Of a stretch of DNA of 38,925 nucleotides, positions 26,159 to 35,611 are shown in pieces (position 1 is the stretch's first letter; each line of letters starts with the position of its first letter). Both the position numbers and the translations under genes were made by a program. Source of the stretch: a virus. The stretch is from the UHGV virus genome UHGV-1366948, one strand, 5' to 3'. Below the pieces are notes generated by a model. That model ran no database searches. It saw nothing but the letters and a program-made list of their open reading frames with translations, and was not told the DNA's origin.

Positions 26159-26744
26159 TCCCGCCCGGAATGCGCCAGTGCCACCGCATCGGTCGCTGCT
26201 GCCGCCCAATGCCACGCCCCAGGAGCGCGCCCTGGAAGGCGCCACCGAGCGCGCGGCCAGCGTGCCGGTGCCGCTGCGCGAGACCTGGAACCCTGAGACC
26301 TGCCCGGCCGCGCTGCTGCCGTGGCTCGCCTGGGCCTTCAGCATCGATGAGTGGCGCGAGGATTGGAGCGAGGACGCCAAGCGCGCATCGATCCGTGATG
26401 CCGTGATGATCCACCGTCGCAAGGGCACCGTGTGGGCCATCAAGCGCGTGCTGGCCAACGCAGGCTACGGCGACGCGCGCCTCATCGAGGGCAACAGCGG
26501 TATTCGCTACGACGGGTCGTTCCGCCACGATGGCGTGCACACCTACGGCGACCCGAAAGGCTGGGCGCGGTACGCCTTCAACATGTCACGCCCGATCACG
26601 CGCGCCCAGGGCGAAGCCATCCGCAAGATGCTGCTGGCCACCGCCCCGGCACGCTGCCACCTGCTGGACCTCTATTTCACCGACGCCCGCTTCTACGACG
26701 GGCAGTACCGCTACAACGGCGAGTTCAACCACGGAGCTGCATAA
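26151..26744 (+). CDS. gpI: Tail protein P2 gpI family
   Basis: LLPPNATPQERALE...LLPWLAWAFSIDEW motifs. GTG start with GGAGG 5 nt upstream. Confidence 0.8.
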   Translation: MTDPARNAPVPPHRSLLPPNATPQERALEGATERAASVPVPLRETWNPETCPAALLPWLAWAFSIDEWREDWSEDAKRASIRDAVMIHRRKGTVWAIKRVLANAGYGDARLIEGNSGIRYDGSFRHDGVHTYGDPKGWARYAFNMSRPITRAQGEAIRKMLLATAPARCHLLDLYFTDARFYDGQYRYNGEFNHGAA

Positions 26745-27776
26745 ATGGCCACGCTGCCAGAAGAGTCGAAGTTTGACGAGGGCGTCTACCAGATCGAGCT
26801 GACCGATTCGGTCGTCGGAGGTCCCAACGGGATCTCAAACGCGCCGCTGCGGAGCCTGGCCAACCGCACGCGGTGGCTGAAGGACAAGGTCGCCGAGCTT
26901 GTGTCGTCGCTCGGCGGCAAGGCAGACAAGGTGCATGCCCACACTGTTGCCACGCCGTCCAGTCCTGGCTTTATGAGCGCGGCAGACAAGACAAAGCTCG
27001 ACGGCGTGGCCTCGGGAGCGCAGGCCAATGCCGTGACCTCGGTGGCCGGCAGGTCCGGGGCTGTCGCGCTGACAGTGGGCGATGTCTCCGGTGCTGCACC
27101 GAAGGCCAGCCCTAGGTTTTCGGGCGTCGTCGCTATCGACGCAGGAACCACTGTCGATTTCAACCACGAACAGGGCGCAAAAGTCTATGTCCCCGCGAAA
27201 AAGGCGGGAGACCTGACGGCGCCCGAGGCGGTGTCTAAGTACACGTTGACCGACTATGCTGCTCCCAGACGCTCGCCGGAGTTCACGGAAGGGGCAACAT
27301 TCAGCGGCGAGGTGGTATTCAACGGTAGCGCGCAAATGCGCGCGATTTCACCGGAAACCGATAGGAGTTTCAAGGTTGCCACTACGCTATGGGTTCGCAA
27401 CGCCATGGCGAATATCGCCAGTACAGCGGGATTTCGCTCATCCGGAAGGTTCTGGACAGATCAGAATCAGAACACATCTGGCTGGATCGAACTGCCGTCG
27501 TGGTTGGGCGGGTTTCGAATACAGTGGGTAAGCGCCCGGTATGCCGATAGTTATGCTGATGGCCGCGACTACGGCGTCGCCGTAACGTGGCCCGTGGCAT
27601 TTCGGGAGGGGTATTACTTTTCACTGGTCAGCGGCCATCCTGGGTCTGGAAACATCTTCACGGCCGGCCCTCGTCTCGAAAGCCGGGGGCACAACAACCG
27701 AACACACGTTTACGTCAATATGGGCACCCCGAACGCGAGCGATTCCCGGTTCGTCGTCTTCGGTATTGGAAAATAA
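26745..27776 (+). CDS. Tail fiber protein (P2 gpH-like conserved N-terminus, divergent lower-GC C-terminal receptor-binding region)
   Basis: N-terminal GVYQIELTDSVVGGPNGISNAPLRSLANRTRWLKDKV fiber motif. C-terminal third drops to about 55% GC. Confidence 0.8.
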   Translation: MATLPEESKFDEGVYQIELTDSVVGGPNGISNAPLRSLANRTRWLKDKVAELVSSLGGKADKVHAHTVATPSSPGFMSAADKTKLDGVASGAQANAVTSVAGRSGAVALTVGDVSGAAPKASPRFSGVVAIDAGTTVDFNHEQGAKVYVPAKKAGDLTAPEAVSKYTLTDYAAPRRSPEFTEGATFSGEVVFNGSAQMRAISPETDRSFKVATTLWVRNAMANIASTAGFRSSGRFWTDQNQNTSGWIELPSWLGGFRIQWVSARYADSYADGRDYGVAVTWPVAFREGYYFSLVSGHPGSGNIFTAGPRLESRGHNNRTHVYVNMGTPNASDSRFVVFGIGK

Positions 27777-27797
27777 GTATTCTCACGCGAGGAAATC

Positions 27798-28211
27798 ATG
27801 TATTACTTCTGTGCTGAAACAGGCGGCTTTTACCTGAGCGAAGAAGAGGCGCCATCATCTTGTGTCGAGGTCTCCGATGAGGAGCACGAGCGACTATTTG
27901 ACGAACAAGGGCGGGGCGCAATCATTCAGGCCGATGCGGAAGGTAAGCCGATCGCTGTCATGCCCGAGAAGAGTCCGGACATCCATCGATCCGCGATCGA
28001 TGTCGATACGGCACGCCAGAAGGCCTATGCAACCGAAGCTGACCCCCTGTTTTTCAAGGCCCAGCGCGGCGAGACCAGCATGGAAGAATGGAAGGCCAAG
28101 GTCGAAGAGATCAAGGCCCGCTATCCAGCAGGAGAGCTGTCGCAGGCACAGGACGACCAAGACGGCCTGGCCGACTGGCACGCGAACGAAACCACGACCG
28201 ACACCCCCTGA
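27798..28211 (+). CDS. Tail fiber assembly chaperone (P2 gpG / Tfa family)
   Basis: Starts MYYFCAETGGFYLSEE (Tfa signature M.YYFSA.TNGFY). Lower GC, like the fiber C-terminus. Confidence 0.65.
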   Translation: MYYFCAETGGFYLSEEEAPSSCVEVSDEEHERLFDEQGRGAIIQADAEGKPIAVMPEKSPDIHRSAIDVDTARQKAYATEADPLFFKAQRGETSMEEWKAKVEEIKARYPAGELSQAQDDQDGLADWHANETTTDTP

Positions 28212-28279
28212 TTGCCACATCGGAACCCCTTCGGCGGTCTGCAGCACGCGGACCACCACAACACCACAGAGAACAACAC

Positions 28280-29476
28280 ATGTCTGAAAACTTCCTGCAC
28301 GGCGTCGAAGTGCTCGAGATTGACACCGGCTCGCGCCCGATCTCGACGGTGCGATCGTCCGTGGTCGGTATCGTGGGCACCGCGCCGCTGGCCGATGAAG
28401 AAGCGTTCCCGCTCAACACCCCTGTGCTGATCGCTGGCAGCCTCCGGGAGGCTGCCAAGCTCAAGGCCAGGGAGGACACCGAGAACAAGGGCGAGGGCAC
28501 GCTGCCTGGCGCCCTGGACTCGATCTTTGACCAGGCCGGCGCAGTCGTCGTGGTCATCCGTGTGGCCAAGGGCGACACCGACACCGAAACCACCGCCAAC
28601 GTCATCGGCGGCGTCAATGCCTCCAACGGTAACTACGAGGGCGTGAAAGCCCTGCTGGGCGCGGAATCCAAGCTGGGCGTGGTGCCCCGCATCCTGGTGG
28701 CCCCGGGCTTCACCCACCAGCGCGACAACGCGGCCAATGCCGTCGTGGCCGAGCTGAAGGGCATCGCCCAGCGTCTGCGCGCCGTGGTCATCGCCGACGG
28801 CCCCAACACGACCGACGAGGCCGCCAAGACGTATGCCGGGGACTTCGGCGACGCTCGCATCTACGTGGTCGATCCCTGGGTGATGAAGCTCGACGACAAG
28901 GGCAAGACCGTGGCGGCTCCGGCAAGCCCCTGCGTTGCAGGCCTGCTCGCTCGCATCGACAACGACGAGGGCTTCTGGGTCTCGCCCTCGAATCACGAGA
29001 TCAGCGGCATCGTGGGTACTGCGCGGCCGGTCGATTTCACGCTGGGCGACAGCAACGCGCGCGCCAACCTGCTCAACGAGAAGAAGATCGCCACCATCGT
29101 GCGCCAGGACGGCTACCGGCTCTGGGGCAACCGCACGCTGTCGTCGGACCCGAAATGGGCGTTTCTCTGCGTGCGCCGCACGGCCGACATGATCAACGAG
29201 TCGCTGCTGCGCGCGCACCTCTGGGCCGTGGACAAGGGCATCACCAAGACCTACCTGGAGGACGTGACCGAGGGCGTCAATGCGTATCTGCGCAACCTGA
29301 CGGCCAAGGGCGCCATCATCGGCGGAAGCTGCTGGGCCGACCTGGCGCTGAACACTGCCGACCAGATCGCCCAGGGCAAGGTCTACTTCGACTTTGACTT
29401 CACCCCCGTCTACCCGGCTGAGCACATCACGTTCCGCAGCCACCTCACCAACAAATACCTGACGGAGCTGTTCTGA
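28280..29476 (+). CDS. FI: Contractile tail sheath protein, P2 FI family
   Basis: Matches P2 FI at the N-terminus (MSENFLHGVEVLEIDTGSRPISTV vs MSDYHHGVQVLEINEGTRVISTV) and in PRIL, GNRT, WAVDK and KYL segments. Confidence 0.9.
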   Translation: MSENFLHGVEVLEIDTGSRPISTVRSSVVGIVGTAPLADEEAFPLNTPVLIAGSLREAAKLKAREDTENKGEGTLPGALDSIFDQAGAVVVVIRVAKGDTDTETTANVIGGVNASNGNYEGVKALLGAESKLGVVPRILVAPGFTHQRDNAANAVVAELKGIAQRLRAVVIADGPNTTDEAAKTYAGDFGDARIYVVDPWVMKLDDKGKTVAAPASPCVAGLLARIDNDEGFWVSPSNHEISGIVGTARPVDFTLGDSNARANLLNEKKIATIVRQDGYRLWGNRTLSSDPKWAFLCVRRTADMINESLLRAHLWAVDKGITKTYLEDVTEGVNAYLRNLTAKGAIIGGSCWADLALNTADQIAQGKVYFDFDFTPVYPAEHITFRSHLTNKYLTELF

Positions 29477-29982
29477 TGGCTGCCCGCGATGTACGCAAGA
29501 ACTTTAACCTCTTCGTCGACGGCAAGGGATACGCCGGCCAGGTCGAAGAGTTCACGCCCCCGAAGCTGACGCTGAAAACCGAAGAATTCCGGGGCGGTGG
29601 CATGGATGGCCCCATCGAGATGACGATGGGCCTGGAAAAGCTCGAAGCGAGCTTCTCCCTGATCGCTTACGACCGTGAAGTGCTCAAGCACTTCGATGTC
29701 CGCGAAGGCGCGGTGCTTCCGCTCACGCTGCGTGAGGCGCTGGAATCGTTCGACGGCACCGTCACGCCCGTGGTGCATTCCATGCGCGGCAAGATCCGCG
29801 AGATCGATGCCGGCACGGTCAAGCCCGGCGACAAGGTGGGCCTGAAGATCACCGTGGCGCTGACCTACTACAAGCTTCAGCACGGCAAGGACGTGGTGCA
29901 TGAGATCGACATGGAGAACATGGTGCGTGTCATCAACGGCACGGACTCCATGGCCAGCACCAGGGCTGCGCTCGGGATGTGA
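29476..29982 (+). CDS. FII: Tail tube protein, P2 FII family
   Basis: N-terminus and EIDxxxxVRVINGTD-like C-terminus parallel P2 FII. TGATG coupling to the sheath gene. Confidence 0.85.
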   Translation: MAARDVRKNFNLFVDGKGYAGQVEEFTPPKLTLKTEEFRGGGMDGPIEMTMGLEKLEASFSLIAYDREVLKHFDVREGAVLPLTLREALESFDGTVTPVVHSMRGKIREIDAGTVKPGDKVGLKITVALTYYKLQHGKDVVHEIDMENMVRVINGTDSMASTRAALGM

Positions 29983-30005
29983 CGCTCAGGGCGAATTGAC
30001 GACAT

Positions 30006-30030
30006 GGCCGGCAGCAGCCGGCCTTTTCTT
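30006..30030 (+). terminator. Intrinsic terminator after the tube gene (GGCCGGC-AGCA-GCCGGCC then TTTTCTT)
   Basis: Seen directly 24 nt after the FII stop. Confidence 0.55.
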
Positions 30031-30071
30031 CCTGCCCGTTTCCGGGCGGAGAACACGACCAGGACAACAGC

Positions 30072-30344
30072 ATGGCAAAGAAAGTGGAGCCGGCCGACGC
30101 CGGCTATGTGGATATTGAGCTGTCGCGCCCCATAGAGATCGACGGGGCGCAGGTGACGGCGCTGCAGATGCGGGAGCCTACGGTGGCGGACCAGCTTATC
30201 CTGGAAGACATGAAGGGTAGCGACGCCGCCAAGGAAGTGGCGCTGGTTGCGAACCTGTGCGAAGTGACGCCGGACGACATCAAGCGACTGACGCTGCGCG
30301 ACTATCGCAAGGTGCAGAAGGCCTTTTCGGGTTTTACCGCCTGA
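30072..30344 (+). CDS. gpE: Tail assembly chaperone P2 gpE family
   Basis: Small acidic protein located between the tube and tape-measure genes. Ends just after the slippery heptamer. Confidence 0.7.
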   Translation: MAKKVEPADAGYVDIELSRPIEIDGAQVTALQMREPTVADQLILEDMKGSDAAKEVALVANLCEVTPDDIKRLTLRDYRKVQKAFSGFTA

Positions 30345-30475
30345 CCAGCGATTACGTGCGCGCGGGCGCGCTGGCGCTCGCGTCGCACACGGGCTGGTCG
30401 TGCGCGGAGATTCTGGCCATGCGAACAGAACGTTTCGTGTGGTGGCTGGAAGGACTGCCGCGCGAGAAGGACTGA
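30072..30475 (+). CDS. gpE+E' -1 programmed-frameshift fusion product (frameshift at 30329..30335, continues in the -1 frame to the stop at 30473..30475)
   Basis: Canonical X XXY YYZ heptamer G GGU UUU in the gpE zero frame (codons GGT TTT). The -1 frame stays open for 47 more codons (ORF 30257..30475). Confidence 0.55.
30329..30335 (+). other. -1 ribosomal frameshift slippery site GGGTTTT
   Basis: Seen directly; correct phase relative to the gpE frame. Confidence 0.6.
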
Positions 30476-30522
30476 GCGGGCGTTCCTGCAGCGCACGCTG
30501 ACACGAGACGGAGCGCTACTCG

Positions 30523-32970
30523 ATGATATCCAACAGCTCGGTGACGCTGGTAATCGGCGCCGCCATGTCGGCCACATTCCTGGGAACGACAGGGCGGGCC
30601 AAGTCCCATATCAATCGCCTGGGCGAAGACATTGCGCGCCTGCGACGCGAGCAGCGCGCGCTGACCGGCGGCCGCCTTTCTGGTGGCGGCCGAGGCGCAC
30701 TGGTCACCCAAGAGGTCGGTCAGCTGATGCAAAAGATCGATCAGCTGGAGGTCCGAAAACAGCGCCTGGAAAAGTCCTTCGAGAGGATGTCCAGCGGCAA
30801 GGAGATGATGGGCGGCGCCCTCAAGAGTATCGGTGCGATGTGGGCTGGAAGTCAGCTTTTTCTGAAGCCGATCCAGGCGGCCAGCGCCTTCGAGGACGCC
30901 ATGCTGGGGGTGGCCAAGCAGATGGATGGTGCTCGCGACGCTCAGGGAAATCTCACGCCAGAGTTCTTCCAGATGAGAGATGCCATCCAGGCAATGGGCC
31001 GGGAAATCCCAATGGCCACGAACGAGCTTGCCGAGATGACGGCGGCTGGCCTGCGCATGGGCGTTGCCAAGAACGAGGTGCTGGGCTTTGTCAGGACATC
31101 GGCGATGATGTCCACGGCCTTCGAGATGCCAGCGGGCGAGCTGGCCGAGCAGATGGGCAAGGTGGCAAAGATCTACGGCATCCCGACAGAGCGGATCGGC
31201 GACCTGGCCGATTCCATCAACTACCTCGACGACAACGCGATCTCCAAGGGGGGGGACATCATCAATGTGCTGCAGCGTATTGGCGGCACGGCCTCGATGC
31301 TGGGCATGTCGGCCAAGGATGCGGCGGCACTCGGTTCGACCTTCCTGACGCTGGGCGCTAGCGCCGAGGTGGCGGCCACGGCGTCGAATGCCGTAATGCG
31401 GGAACTATCGACGGCAGCATTACAGGGCGACAAGTTCACGAAGGCGCTCGGGGAGGAAGGGCTGAACCTGGGACTGACGCCCGAGGAACTTCAGAAGGCA
31501 ATGGCCATTGACGCTACCGGCACTATCATGATGGTGCTGCGATCGCTTAGCAACCTGCCCAAAGAAAAGCGCCTGACCATTGCCACACTGATGTTTGGCA
31601 AGGAGTATGGCGACGACGTTGCCAAGCTGGCTGGCGGGTATGATGAATACTATAAACAGTTTCGGCTTGCCAACAGCGCAGAGGCCAAGGGCAGCATGGC
31701 ACGCGAGGCCGCAGCCAGGGACAATACCGCTTCGGCCCAGTGGCAATTGCTGAAGAACCACATGAAGGAGGCGATGGTAACCATCGGCGACCAGCTGATG
31801 CCGGTGGCGCGCGAGTTCATGGGCAGCATGCGCGACGTTCTTGGCGATCTGACGGCATTTGCCAAGAATAACGGCGCGCTGTTGAAAGGCGCCTTCTGGC
31901 TGGCTTCTAGAATCGTGGTCGGTTTTGTGGCCGCGAAGACCGCCATGCTCGGACTGGGGGCAGCCCGCTACGTTATTGGGTCGGTCTCGTCCGGTCTCCT
32001 AATGGCCAAGGATAGTTTCACCCGAGTCACGGACGCATGGAATGCCGCTGACGCGAAAGCCAAGAGGAAAGGCGGCGCACTGATGGCGCTGCTGGCGACT
32101 GGCGCGTACATCGTTTATCGGAACTGGGGCTCGATCCTGCAATTTTTCCAGGAACGGTTCCCTGCGGTAGGACGATGGCTGGGCAAGCTGGGGGAGTGGT
32201 TTTCCGGGGCCGGCGATTCTGCGATGGAGATGGGGGGCACGGTGTTGATGGCCATGCCGCTGCTGTCTGCGCCGGCGAGCAAGCTGGGGGCCGTCGGGAA
32301 GAGCCTGCAAGCACTGGGCGGCAAGTTTGTAGCGCTGGGCAAGCTGGTGGCAGCGCACCCCTTGCTGCTCGCCGTAGGTCTGCTCGCCACGGCTGCGTTC
32401 CTGGTCTACAAGAACTGGGAGCCAATCAAGACATTCTTCGGCGACCTGTGGGACGGCATCAGCCAGAAGATAGGCGACACCATTGATTGGATGAAGGAAA
32501 CCTTCGGGAGGTTCCGCGACTGGATGGCGCCATGGGTGGATGATGCGGTGTCAGTTCTCGGCCTGCTGCGCGACGGCGTAGGCAAGGTCTTTGACTGGAT
32601 CGGCGAGAAGATTGGCAAGATCATGGAAGACATCCAGAAGGCATCGGCCTGGGTTGAAGAAAAGACGGCGCCCGCCAAGGATGCCTACTGGTCTTTGCGA
32701 ACGGGCCTGAGCGATGGCATTGAACGGCTGGCGAATCTGGCGTCCGGCACAGAGCCCGTCCGAGCTGACGCGCCCGTTCTGCCTGCGCGGACGCTGCCAT
32801 CGGTAACGGCGCGCGCGCAGGCCGCCCAGCAGAATACCGTGACGATCAACGTCAACCAGCTGCCGGGAGAGAGCGGAGAGGCTCTCGCCCAGAGGATCGC
32901 GCAGGCCCAGGCGCGCGCGCTCGCTGTACGCAACCGAGGGGGGCTTTATGACCATGCGATCGCTTATTGA
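30523..32970 (+). CDS. gpT: Tail tape measure protein (815 aa)
   Basis: Long alpha-helical protein with hydrophobic central segments, directly after E/E' in the P2-type order. Confidence 0.85.
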   Translation: MISNSSVTLVIGAAMSATFLGTTGRAKSHINRLGEDIARLRREQRALTGGRLSGGGRGALVTQEVGQLMQKIDQLEVRKQRLEKSFERMSSGKEMMGGALKSIGAMWAGSQLFLKPIQAASAFEDAMLGVAKQMDGARDAQGNLTPEFFQMRDAIQAMGREIPMATNELAEMTAAGLRMGVAKNEVLGFVRTSAMMSTAFEMPAGELAEQMGKVAKIYGIPTERIGDLADSINYLDDNAISKGGDIINVLQRIGGTASMLGMSAKDAAALGSTFLTLGASAEVAATASNAVMRELSTAALQGDKFTKALGEEGLNLGLTPEELQKAMAIDATGTIMMVLRSLSNLPKEKRLTIATLMFGKEYGDDVAKLAGGYDEYYKQFRLANSAEAKGSMAREAAARDNTASAQWQLLKNHMKEAMVTIGDQLMPVAREFMGSMRDVLGDLTAFAKNNGALLKGAFWLASRIVVGFVAAKTAMLGLGAARYVIGSVSSGLLMAKDSFTRVTDAWNAADAKAKRKGGALMALLATGAYIVYRNWGSILQFFQERFPAVGRWLGKLGEWFSGAGDSAMEMGGTVLMAMPLLSAPASKLGAVGKSLQALGGKFVALGKLVAAHPLLLAVGLLATAAFLVYKNWEPIKTFFGDLWDGISQKIGDTIDWMKETFGRFRDWMAPWVDDAVSVLGLLRDGVGKVFDWIGEKIGKIMEDIQKASAWVEEKTAPAKDAYWSLRTGLSDGIERLANLASGTEPVRADAPVLPARTLPSVTARAQAAQQNTVTINVNQLPGESGEALAQRIAQAQARALAVRNRGGLYDHAIAY

Positions 32971-33078
32971 GGGGTGGTCGGCCGCCTGTCGGTCGGCGGC
33001 CGAGTGTGTGACGTTGTTCATGCATCGCCCGGCGCTCGGCGAGGGATACTCAATGCACTGGACGCACGGAGCAGGCCC

Positions 33079-33321
33079 ATGGACAACCAGTGCCCCCACG
33101 ACAAGACCTCCGAAGACATCACTCGCTTCGAGCGAGAAGCGCGGCACGAGCGCCGGATGTCTCGTGTCTTCTACGTCATCTCGGCGCTTGCGCTCGCCTG
33201 CTACCTTTGTGCTCTCAAGGCTGATTACGACGAGAGCATGGCCGTCATCGATGCCTGCAAGCACGATACGAGCTGGAAGTGCATGGACAAGGCCCGGGAA
33301 GACTACCGGAGAGGCCGGTAA
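33079..33321 (+). CDS. Small single-pass membrane protein with Cys-rich periplasmic tail (80 aa), inserted between the tape-measure and gpU genes
   Basis: TMD VFYVISALALACYLCAL and C-terminal DACKHDTSWKCMD. GGAG lies upstream of the ATG; coding-type GC3. P2 itself has no gene between T and U. Confidence 0.45.
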   Translation: MDNQCPHDKTSEDITRFEREARHERRMSRVFYVISALALACYLCALKADYDESMAVIDACKHDTSWKCMDKAREDYRRGR

Positions 33322-33354
33322 CAGAGCGGCCGCGAGGGCTGATGGAGGGAGAGC

Positions 33355-34287
33355 ATGAAAGGCCATGCCCTTGCCGCCCCTGTGATGATGCAGCTCGGCG
33401 CCTTCCAGTTCGGCATCAACACCGCCGCCTACCAGGGCCTGTCGCGCTCGGACGAGTGGCGCTGGCCCGGCCAGGAGCGCTTCGGTCAGGCGCCGGCCCT
33501 GCAACACACCGGCCCCGGCGCCACCACCATCACCCTCGACGGCATCCTGTACCCCGAATGGCGCGCCGGCCTGGGCCAGCTCGATGCCATGCGCGCCGAG
33601 GCCGGCAAGGGCAAGCCGCTGGTGCTGGTCGACGGCCGTGGCCAGGCGCTGGGCATGTGGGTCATCGAGCGCGTGGACGAAAGCCAGAGCATCTTCGCAG
33701 CCGGGGGCGTGGCGCGCCGCGTCGAGTTCACTCTGCAGCTGAAACGGTTCTCCGCCCGTGTTACCGGCCCCGTGCCCCGGCTGCCGCCACTGCCCACGCC
33801 TGCCGCCAGCACCTCGGCCGCCGGCGCCGATGCCGTGGCCCAGGTGCGCGCGGCCGCCGCCAACACGGCCACGTCCGCCGGCAGCGTGGCTGGCACCGCC
33901 ACGGGCGCCTGGCAGAGCCTGCAGCGTGCCGTCTCGCCGGCTGCGGCCTGGATCAAGGAGGCTGCCGGCGCAGCCCAGCGCGTGGCCGAGACAGCTGGCC
34001 AGCTGCAGGGCGAAGCCCGGGCCGCCATCGAGGCGCTTCAGGGCGTTCCTGGCACCGGCCGGGCGCTGGACACGGCCCGCCGCCTGGTGGATCGCGCCGG
34101 GCGTTTCCGCGCTCGCGCCAGCAGCGCCTCGGACATCCTGCAGCGCTCCGTGCGCCACCTGGACGACACGCCCACCGAGGCCGCTGCCGCTGTGCTCTCG
34201 GCGCTGGCCAGCAGCAACCGGCTGAGCGCTACCTGCCGGCAGCTCGCGCGCGACGCCGCCCGCATCATCGAGGGCAAGCAGCCATGA
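33355..34287 (+). CDS. gpU: Tail protein P2 gpU family (with Ala-rich C-terminal extension)
   Basis: N-terminus MMQLGAFQFGINTAAYQGLSRSDEWRWP...ITLDGILYPEW...LVLVDGRGQALGMWVIERVDESQSIF parallels P2 gpU. GGAGGGAG RBS. Confidence 0.8.
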   Translation: MKGHALAAPVMMQLGAFQFGINTAAYQGLSRSDEWRWPGQERFGQAPALQHTGPGATTITLDGILYPEWRAGLGQLDAMRAEAGKGKPLVLVDGRGQALGMWVIERVDESQSIFAAGGVARRVEFTLQLKRFSARVTGPVPRLPPLPTPAASTSAAGADAVAQVRAAAANTATSAGSVAGTATGAWQSLQRAVSPAAAWIKEAAGAAQRVAETAGQLQGEARAAIEALQGVPGTGRALDTARRLVDRAGRFRARASSASDILQRSVRHLDDTPTEAAAAVLSALASSNRLSATCRQLARDAARIIEGKQP

Positions 34288-34496
34288 CCGCCACCTACCT
34301 GACTCGCGAGGGTGACACCGTGGACGCGGTGGCCTGGCGCCACTACGGCACCACCGACGGCCGCGTCGTCGAGGCCGTGCTGGCCGAGAACCCGGGGCTG
34401 GCCGCCCTGGGCGCGCTGCTGCCTGCCGGCACCGAAATCCGGATGCCCGACATCGAACCGGCCACCGACGCGCAGGGGCTGCGGCTGTGGGACTGA
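34284..34496 (+). CDS. gpX: Tail protein P2 gpX family (LysM-like)
   Basis: YLTREGDTVDAVAWRHYGTTDGRVVEAVLAENPGLAALGALLPAGTEIRMPD matches P2 gpX. Confidence 0.75.
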   Translation: MTATYLTREGDTVDAVAWRHYGTTDGRVVEAVLAENPGLAALGALLPAGTEIRMPDIEPATDAQGLRLWD

Positions 34497-35605
34497 CGCC
34501 CACCCGCCAGGCGCCCGGCGCCCGTCCTGGTGCGGCCCGGCCCGGCCAGGCCGCCCAGCCTGTGCGCCCCCAGTACCGGCTGCTGGCCAACCGCGCCGAC
34601 ATCACCGCCACCATCGCCGAGCGGCTCATCAGCCTGCGCTACACGGACGAGGCCGGCCTGGACTCCGACATGCTGGAGATCACGCTGGCCGACCATGATC
34701 CGGCGCGCCCCATCCAGCTGCCGCCCACCGGCGCCGAGCTGGAGCTGTCGCTGGGCTATGACGGGCGCCTGCAGCGCGTGGGGCTCTTTGTGGTCGATGA
34801 GCTGGAGCTGTCGGGCTGGCCCGGGCAGATGACGATCCGGGCGCGCGCCACGCCGTTTGAAGGCTCCAAGGGCGGCATGTCCCAGCTGCAGAGCCAGAAG
34901 ACGCGCTCGTGGCCCAAGGACACGCGCCTGGGTGACGTTGTGCGCACAATCGCGGCAGAGCACAAGATGCAGGCCGTCGTGGCGCCTGAGATGGACAGCA
35001 TCGTGCTGCCGCACCAGGACCAGATGGACGAGTCGGATATCAACTTCCTGGTGCGCCTGGCCAAGCGTTACGACGGCGTCATCAAGCCGGCCGCCGGCAA
35101 GCTGGTGCTGGCAAAGCGCGGCCAGGCCAAGACCGCCAGCGGCCAGAGCATCCCGACCGTGCGCCTGGTGCCGGGCGACGTGTCCGACTACCGGGTGTCG
35201 CTCACGAAACGCGACGGCGGTGGCACCGTGGTGGCCTACTGGCACGCCACCAAGCAGGCCAAGCGCGAAGAAGTGAAGGTAGGTCAGGGCGAGCCCGTGC
35301 TGCGCCTGAAGCGCTACTACCAGGCGGCCGGGGTGGCACGTGCAGCGGCGCAGGCCGAGTACGACAGCCGCGTCCGCCGGCAGGCCACGCTGTCGCTGTC
35401 AATGCCTGGTCGTATCGACGTGCTGGCTGAGGGGCGCCTGGAGCTGGCAGGGTTTCGGCCGGGGGTGTCTGGTGCCTGGATCGTCACGCGCGCCGAGCAC
35501 AGCCTGGATGACAGTGGGTACCGCACCGACATCGAGGCCGAGCAGGAGAGGCTCGGAGCGGCGACGCCCGAGGCGCCGGCGTCGCAGTCGGCGGCAGATT
35601 CGTAG
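34487..35605 (+). CDS. gpD: Tail protein P2 gpD family (late control D)
   Basis: gpD-like sequence throughout; GTG start overlapping the gpX stop. Confidence 0.85.
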   Translation: MGLTPTRQAPGARPGAARPGQAAQPVRPQYRLLANRADITATIAERLISLRYTDEAGLDSDMLEITLADHDPARPIQLPPTGAELELSLGYDGRLQRVGLFVVDELELSGWPGQMTIRARATPFEGSKGGMSQLQSQKTRSWPKDTRLGDVVRTIAAEHKMQAVVAPEMDSIVLPHQDQMDESDINFLVRLAKRYDGVIKPAAGKLVLAKRGQAKTASGQSIPTVRLVPGDVSDYRVSLTKRDGGGTVVAYWHATKQAKREEVKVGQGEPVLRLKRYYQAAGVARAAAQAEYDSRVRRQATLSLSMPGRIDVLAEGRLELAGFRPGVSGAWIVTRAEHSLDDSGYRTDIEAEQERLGAATPEAPASQSAADS

Positions 35606-35611
35606 GGCGGG

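Noticed and set aside
26745-27776. Diversity-generating retroelement targeting the tail fiber
   Set aside because: No reverse transcriptase gene and no template/variable repeat pair found in the window.
28121-29443. 440-aa minus-strand ORF
   Set aside because: Antisense to the well-supported tail sheath gene. GC-rich antisense artefact.
32551-34629. 692-aa minus-strand ORF
   Set aside because: Antisense to the tape measure, gpU and gpX genes. Low-complexity Arg/Ala/Gly composition.
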